A stretch of DNA of 20,000 bases from an uncultured virus (IMG/VR IMGVR_UViG_3300027782_000075) (lineage: Duplodnaviria; Heunggongvirae; Uroviricota; Caudoviricetes): IMG/VR virus record IMGVR_UViG_3300027782_000075. One strand, written 5' to 3'. Below, piece by piece: positions 15,310 to 20,000 of the stretch. The notes under the pieces are model-generated. The model had not been told where the DNA came from and did not search any database. It saw nothing but the letters and a program-made list of their open reading frames with translations. The position numbers were made by a program, and so were the translations under genes. Each line of letters opens with the position of its first letter. The stretch's first letter is position 1.

Positions 15310-17418
15310 TTATAATTTTTTTCCAAAACCGAGTAAACCTACATTAGCAATTTCAATTTTTCCATTTTCAGATTCCTCTTGGTCAACAGCTTTATTTGTC
15401 GCTAAATTGTATAGTAACATTAAATTAGGTGAACCATCTGGTAAAGTTCCGGTTGGAACACCTAGTCCTTGTAAAAGTTGAATAGCATTTATTGTTGCCC
15501 TTTCAGGTGAATAACCTGGTAATACACTAGATAATAATAAGAGTGGTAGTGGGATTTCATTTCGTAGAGGAGTATTTGCATTCAAACCTTGACCCACTAA
15601 GTTCAATAGAAGTAATATATTATCCAAAAGACTTTTACATTTTCTATAATCATTTACTAATTGTGATACTATCAAAGCAAGTTGTGCCAATCTTAAAATT
15701 ATTGCGTATTTTTTCAATAATTTAGATCTCGAAATATCAGATATTATTATGGAAACTAAATTAACAATATCTTTTTTTAATATTTCATAAAGAACTTGTA
15801 AAAACTCAGCGTTTATTTGAGAAATGACCTGAATAGAAAACGCTTTATATTTTTTCAAAAAATCCTCCCCACTGTTAACAATATTACTACCTTGTTTTCC
15901 AACATCCGATCCATCGTTTCCTATTGTTGATAAGGATTCATTAGCATCAGTTGTAGTTTCATTAACTTCAGTCACCGCTTGATTATACGTAAAGGTTGCA
16001 CCTGATTGTATTACGGATAATAAAGTATAAAGTGGTAGTAAATTTTTTGGAGTTAATACTGCCGAAGCAACTGCTAAAGGTATTTTCTTGATGACATTTT
16101 TATCTATCGATACTTTCACATTCAAGTTTGCTGGCGCGGTAATGGACCAATCAGGATTATCTGAAATAGAATCAATAATTTGACCAAGAATTTCAACTTG
16201 TTGTTCTACGGTATTTCCACTTTCAGTATTTCTAAAATTAATTAATTCATCAATCAAAACTTCAGAATTCACAGGAAGTTTTATGTTATCACAATCCTCA
16301 AATTCAATAATACCATTTTGAACATTTGAAATTTCGATGTCGATATTTCTTAAATCAATTTCATTAAGTTCAAAAAATGAATCATCAACACCATCTAATT
16401 CGGCGACTTTGGCAACTCCACTAACATCTATTTCCCTTCTGTCATCAAAACATAACCCTAAAATTCTCTGTACTATTAGAGAAAATCTGGATTGGTTATT
16501 TATTTCTCCAAATCCAACTTGGGCGTTATAATTAATTGCCCCCGAAATAATATTGACAATTTGAGCACCAATATCAACCGAATCCACCAATTTAATTGTA
16601 CTGTAATAATCGGAAATAAACTCTCCAACATTATTTGTTATATTACCAGAATTATCTTCTCTATCAATTAAAAATACTCTGTAATAATCACCAGTTACAC
16701 CAAAACTATTGGTGTTAGTATATTGTAAATCAAAAAGGTCTTGTCCTGATTTCCCTAAATAATTTTTCCCATTTATTTGATTAAACGACCTTCCAGCATT
16801 ATCGGAAGTCATCATATTGAATAATTGTTTATTCATTGGGAATGGTTCAGGCCCACCATACGGTCGAAATATTGGATCGGCAGACGGGTCTGGTTTTTCA
16901 TAATATATTTTACCAAAATTAGTTTCTGGAGACTGCTTTAGATTTGAAAAAAAATCTAAAGAATTGACTGGTATATATATTCCTTCTTGTTGTGGTCTTA
17001 AAGGGATTGGTTGTAATGATAAACTTTCCGAAGATACTCCGTTATAAGTTTGTTCAATAGAGCATCCAAGAGCTTTGATTGTTTCTGTTTTAAGAATACC
17101 TGAAACTTTTGGTTCTATTTTAGCTGCGGCCTCTAATATTTTTGTTCTAAGATATCTTAGTGTGGCATTTCCATTCCCTTGAGTTTGCCCTAAAAATCCC
17201 AATAGTTGATCCATAGAATTTGGTGGGTTTCTTTGGAATCGTTTTTGGAATTCACTTACTTTGTCGAGTTGACTCGAAATTTGAGAAGTTGCATCAGACG
17301 CAGAATTTCCCAATTTACCTAATAAACCTTTTTCAGAAGTAGATACCTCTCTATAGGTTTTATAGGCATCAATTTTACTTTGAATTGATTGTTGAGTTGA
17401 ATTTATATCTAATGGCAT
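15310..17418 (-). CDS. Large hypothetical protein, probably tail/baseplate-associated
   Basis: 702-aa ORF in an operon with the spike gene, downstream of a late motif. Hydrophobic helical C-terminus. No family recognised. Confidence 0.6.
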   Translation of the reverse strand: MPLDINSTQQSIQSKIDAYKTYREVSTSEKGLLGKLGNSASDATSQISSQLDKVSEFQKRFQRNPPNSMDQLLGFLGQTQGNGNATLRYLRTKILEAAAKIEPKVSGILKTETIKALGCSIEQTYNGVSSESLSLQPIPLRPQQEGIYIPVNSLDFFSNLKQSPETNFGKIYYEKPDPSADPIFRPYGGPEPFPMNKQLFNMMTSDNAGRSFNQINGKNYLGKSGQDLFDLQYTNTNSFGVTGDYYRVFLIDREDNSGNITNNVGEFISDYYSTIKLVDSVDIGAQIVNIISGAINYNAQVGFGEINNQSRFSLIVQRILGLCFDDRREIDVSGVAKVAELDGVDDSFFELNEIDLRNIDIEISNVQNGIIEFEDCDNIKLPVNSEVLIDELINFRNTESGNTVEQQVEILGQIIDSISDNPDWSITAPANLNVKVSIDKNVIKKIPLAVASAVLTPKNLLPLYTLLSVIQSGATFTYNQAVTEVNETTTDANESLSTIGNDGSDVGKQGSNIVNSGEDFLKKYKAFSIQVISQINAEFLQVLYEILKKDIVNLVSIIISDISRSKLLKKYAIILRLAQLALIVSQLVNDYRKCKSLLDNILLLLNLVGQGLNANTPLRNEIPLPLLLLSSVLPGYSPERATINAIQLLQGLGVPTGTLPDGSPNLMLLYNLATNKAVDQEESENGKIEIANVGLLGFGKKL

Positions 17419-17421
17419 AGT

Positions 17422-17790
17422 TTATCTCATTTTGTATGATTCCTCATCTTTGGAAACATCTTTTTCAATGAGATTCTGTATTAAATCATCGTCTAAGTCT
17501 GCAAGAGAGAATGATTCCTCTTTGTTGTTATTTGATTTCTCCCAAATACTTGACTGTAGTTTTGATAAACTAATTTTTTTCTCTACACAATCGTTTACAA
17601 TTTTTTGTTGTTTTTCGATTACAGGACCAATAGTAGTCATGTCGGAAGGTTCTTTCAATAACGCCAACATTTTATTTTGAATTCTAATGGCAGTCTGTCT
17701 TTGCTCAACAAGTTCATTATAGATTTCTTGCATGAGTGATAATATAGAATCTTTAGTGAAATTGATTTCTTTTCTTTGAGGTCTCGGCAT
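17422..17790 (-). CDS. Hypothetical coiled-coil protein
   Basis: 122 aa with helical-hairpin character and acidic tail; first gene after a TATTTATA motif. Confidence 0.7.
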   Translation of the reverse strand: MPRPQRKEINFTKDSILSLMQEIYNELVEQRQTAIRIQNKMLALLKEPSDMTTIGPVIEKQQKIVNDCVEKKISLSKLQSSIWEKSNNNKEESFSLADLDDDLIQNLIEKDVSKDEESYKMR

Positions 17791-17793
17791 ATC

Positions 17794-17801
17794 TATAAAT
17801 A
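17794..17801 (-). promoter_or_regulatory. TATTTATA putative late promoter
   Basis: In a 19-nt gap, only 3 nt before ATG 17790. Confidence 0.55.
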
Positions 17802-17809
17802 CTTTTTTA

Positions 17810-18556
17810 TCAGTTTTTAATTTTTGACTGAATTACTATATATAATTTTTTGAATCTTTTAATAGAACTACGTATTTCTTTGGTGCTCAAATTAGTCATT
17901 TCTCTTAAGGATAAAAGAATAACATTTTTGTTGAATTTATTATTATCCGCACCTGAGAATATTGATTCGTAATTATCAAACAAATCAATTAGAGCATATC
18001 CTAATTTCTTTTCATTATCGTTTAGTTGTTCTGATTCGATATAATCTTTTAGCTCCTCCAAATATTTATTGATAACATAATCAGTTTCAATAATATCATC
18101 ATCTATTCGATAAGACATATCAGGTCTTTCTTCAAGACTTGATGAAATATCTTCATATGATATTTTTCTATTAGTTTCTTTTTGGTCTTTTATAATCTGT
18201 CCCATCAGATAATTTTTACAGATAGTACCAAAATAAGAATAAGCCTTTTTGTTTTTATCAGGCTTAAACTTGTCGACTTTAGTCATCAGAAATGAATGAG
18301 TATCTGTATGAATTTCCTCAAAATCCATATCTTTACGATATAACTTGTATCGTCGTATGATTGAGGAAATCATTTTATCTAAAGGTAACCTTAAAAATTG
18401 ATTATATATTTTATTCTTTTCGTATGAAGTTTCGGCGATTAGAAAGTTTCTAACCGCCTCTTCTTCTCTTACATCAAAATAATTTTCTTTAACCGCCTTT
18501 CTACCTCTTTTTTTTGATAAAACATCCTCTGTGGTAGCAGAGAGTGAATTTAGCAT
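17810..18556 (-). CDS. Phage RNA polymerase sigma-like factor (sigma70 region 2; T4 gp55 analogue)
   Basis: FEEIHTDTHSFLMTKVDKFKPDKNKKAYSYFGTICKNYL parallels regions 2.2-2.4 (KFDP.K..F.TY/AYF). C-terminal LREMTNLSTKEIRSSIKRFK is HTH/region 4-like. Confidence 0.7.
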   Translation of the reverse strand: MLNSLSATTEDVLSKKRGRKAVKENYFDVREEEAVRNFLIAETSYEKNKIYNQFLRLPLDKMISSIIRRYKLYRKDMDFEEIHTDTHSFLMTKVDKFKPDKNKKAYSYFGTICKNYLMGQIIKDQKETNRKISYEDISSSLEERPDMSYRIDDDIIETDYVINKYLEELKDYIESEQLNDNEKKLGYALIDLFDNYESIFSGADNNKFNKNVILLSLREMTNLSTKEIRSSIKRFKKLYIVIQSKIKN

Positions 18557-19362
18557 TAAATATTATCAGATTGATATTTTATGGATCTGTCGTCCGTGAA
18601 AAAATATTCTCTTTTGGCGGTTTGAATCCAAAACTTAACCTCGTCCTCAACCATTTTATTATCACCAAACTTATAGTTCCAGAAAACAGAACCTTCTCTT
18701 AGATTTACGTGTTTGTACCCTAGTCTTGGAATTGTCATTATCGATACTGAGTTATAAGTTAATCTTAAAAGAAATTCATAAATAAAAGTTAATTTTATAG
18801 ATGGTTTGAAGCCACCAAAATCTTCTACGATTGTTTTTTTGAATACAGAACCAGCAGTTTGAAAATTTTGATATTCTTGTAATGTATCATTAGTCAAAAT
18901 TCCCATTTCTTGTGAGAAATTGGCTGCGAATGTTGCTTCATTTGTAAAACCTGCGAATAATCCCTTTTCATCTGTCTCAACGACTACGGGTAAAAACATC
19001 TGAACATCAGGAAATGATTCAACATATTGTTTTACATTTTTGAACCAAATGGAGGAATATTCGTCGTCGAATTCAAAAAGAGATACCCATGTTCCTTTAG
19101 CGTTTTTTATTCCGAAGTTTACTTGGTTAGCATAACTAGGGTCTTTATCCCACAATAATTTTGTGACATTCAAATCACCAAAATCATAAGAATTCAAATG
19201 GTCGATTAGAGATTGCTCTTGTGTATGTACTATTACTAATTCTTCAAAACTAACTGTTTGATTTTTTAGAGAAGTTATTGCTTTTTCAAAGTATTCATCA
19301 AAATCTTTCGCTTTGGAAGATTTGATAGGAAGTATTACTGATAGTGATAATGTATTGTTCAT
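18556..19362 (-). CDS. Glycosyltransferase family 2 (GT-A fold)
   Basis: Start revised to ATG 19362. Motifs LSVILPI, AITSLKNQT..FEELVIV, NFGIKNAKGTWVSLFEFDDEY (DxD-like), GGFKPSI, EFLLRL. Confidence 0.85.
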   Translation of the reverse strand: MNNTLSLSVILPIKSSKAKDFDEYFEKAITSLKNQTVSFEELVIVHTQEQSLIDHLNSYDFGDLNVTKLLWDKDPSYANQVNFGIKNAKGTWVSLFEFDDEYSSIWFKNVKQYVESFPDVQMFLPVVVETDEKGLFAGFTNEATFAANFSQEMGILTNDTLQEYQNFQTAGSVFKKTIVEDFGGFKPSIKLTFIYEFLLRLTYNSVSIMTIPRLGYKHVNLREGSVFWNYKFGDNKMVEDEVKFWIQTAKREYFFTDDRSIKYQSDNI

Positions 19363-19363
19363 G

Positions 19364-19999
19364 TTATTCTTCTGTTTTGGAAATTTGATTTTCAAAGGCG
19401 TCCGCTCTATTTGACAAATAACCGTCAAATAATGAAACTATAGATGATTCAAACTTTTGTTTATCCGTATATCTCTCAACGGTCTCCTTCATTTTTTCAA
19501 ATATTTGTGGGTCAATATTATCTTCTAACCAATTTTGTGCGTAATCTGCTACCAAATCAGGTAATAAAGTTTGGTCTGTAACCCAAATACCATTTTCTTC
19601 ACTCATCCAATCAGGAGACAAATTTGGAACTTTACCTATAACTGGAACGTTTGATTTCATAGATTCTAATGGGAAGGTTCCAAATGCACTGTGGTCATCT
19701 ATCCAAACACTTAGAAAACAGTCTCTCAAAGAATTAGCAAATTCTTTTTCTGACAATCCTCTCAAATCTCTGAAAGTAAACCATCTGTATTGAGGAAATT
19801 TTAGATAAAATGTTTTGATTAGGTTAATAGCATCACTTTGGTCTTTAGAATGAACCCCAATTATTGGCATTGCCGGTGTTGACTTAGGTGTAAATTCTTC
19901 ACCGATTAATGGGTCAATAATATCAAATGAAATTTGTCTCATAACTCTCTCAATGTATTCTTTTTGCTTACTTGAAGTTGTGATACATTTCAAGAATCC
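19364..19999 (-). CDS. GT-B fold (GT4-like) glycosyltransferase, C-terminal part (5' truncated by window end)
   Basis: Frame is open to the window end. SAFGTFPLESMKSNVPVIG and ENGIWV match the EGFGxxxLEAMxxGxPVI / NG motifs. Confidence 0.8.
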   Translation of the reverse strand, partial: GFLKCITTSSKQKEYIERVMRQISFDIIDPLIGEEFTPKSTPAMPIIGVHSKDQSDAINLIKTFYLKFPQYRWFTFRDLRGLSEKEFANSLRDCFLSVWIDDHSAFGTFPLESMKSNVPVIGKVPNLSPDWMSEENGIWVTDQTLLPDLVADYAQNWLEDNIDPQIFEKMKETVERYTDKQKFESSIVSLFDGYLSNRADAFENQISKTEE

Positions 20000-20000
20000 A

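Noticed and set aside
703..17680. Short alternative-frame or antisense ORFs (e.g. 703-912, 968-1237, 1571-1783, 2194-2529, 5030-5338, 5363-5644, 5436-5681, 10673-11014, 17432-17680)
   Set aside because: They overlap well-supported genes. The Ser- or Phe/His-rich ones are mirror translations of the acidic scaffold region.
9869..18784. Intragenic TATTTAT copies (e.g. 9869, 11265, 13524, 14366, 16497, 18063, 18778)
   Set aside because: Expected by chance in AT-rich DNA; mostly antisense or far from a start, so not called as promoters.
19363..19428. ORF-track start of GT2 at 19428
   Set aside because: It overlaps the upstream gene by 65 nt. ATG 19362 follows that gene's stop and precedes the first GT2 strand.
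1..20000. Stop-codon reassignment (seen in some large phages)
   Set aside because: Core genes are intact in code 11. TGA (3176, 9624) and TAG (3896) end genes at sensible boundaries.
1..20000. tRNA or structured ncRNA genes
   Set aside because: Intergenic gaps are at most ~125 nt and are explained by terminators and promoter-like motifs; no cloverleaf seen.

Overview
AT-rich, gene-dense segment of a large T4-like (myovirus, 'huge phage'-type) genome, standard genetic code. The + strand (1-9.6 kb) holds the head module in T4 order: terminase large subunit C-terminus, portal, possible core protein, prohead protease, scaffold, major capsid protein. A ribosomal protein bS21 gene lies antisense between portal and protease. 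The - strand (11.6-20 kb) holds two glycosyltransferases, a sigma-like factor, a gp5/gpV-like spike and other probable virion genes. A Bacteroidota (Flavobacteriia-like) host is suggested by a Tyr54-type bS21, a DUF4494-like gene, SD-less A-rich leaders and a TAnnTTTG element. Best leads: (1) a TATTTAT(A) motif just upstream of 8 genes, with a variant before bS21 and a candidate cognate sigma factor in the same window; (2) putative head-packaged proteins sharing a helical '...SEQ / L-x-E' tag, carrying an OmpA-like domain or small basic Cys modules. All family calls come from motif recognition by eye; no searches were run.
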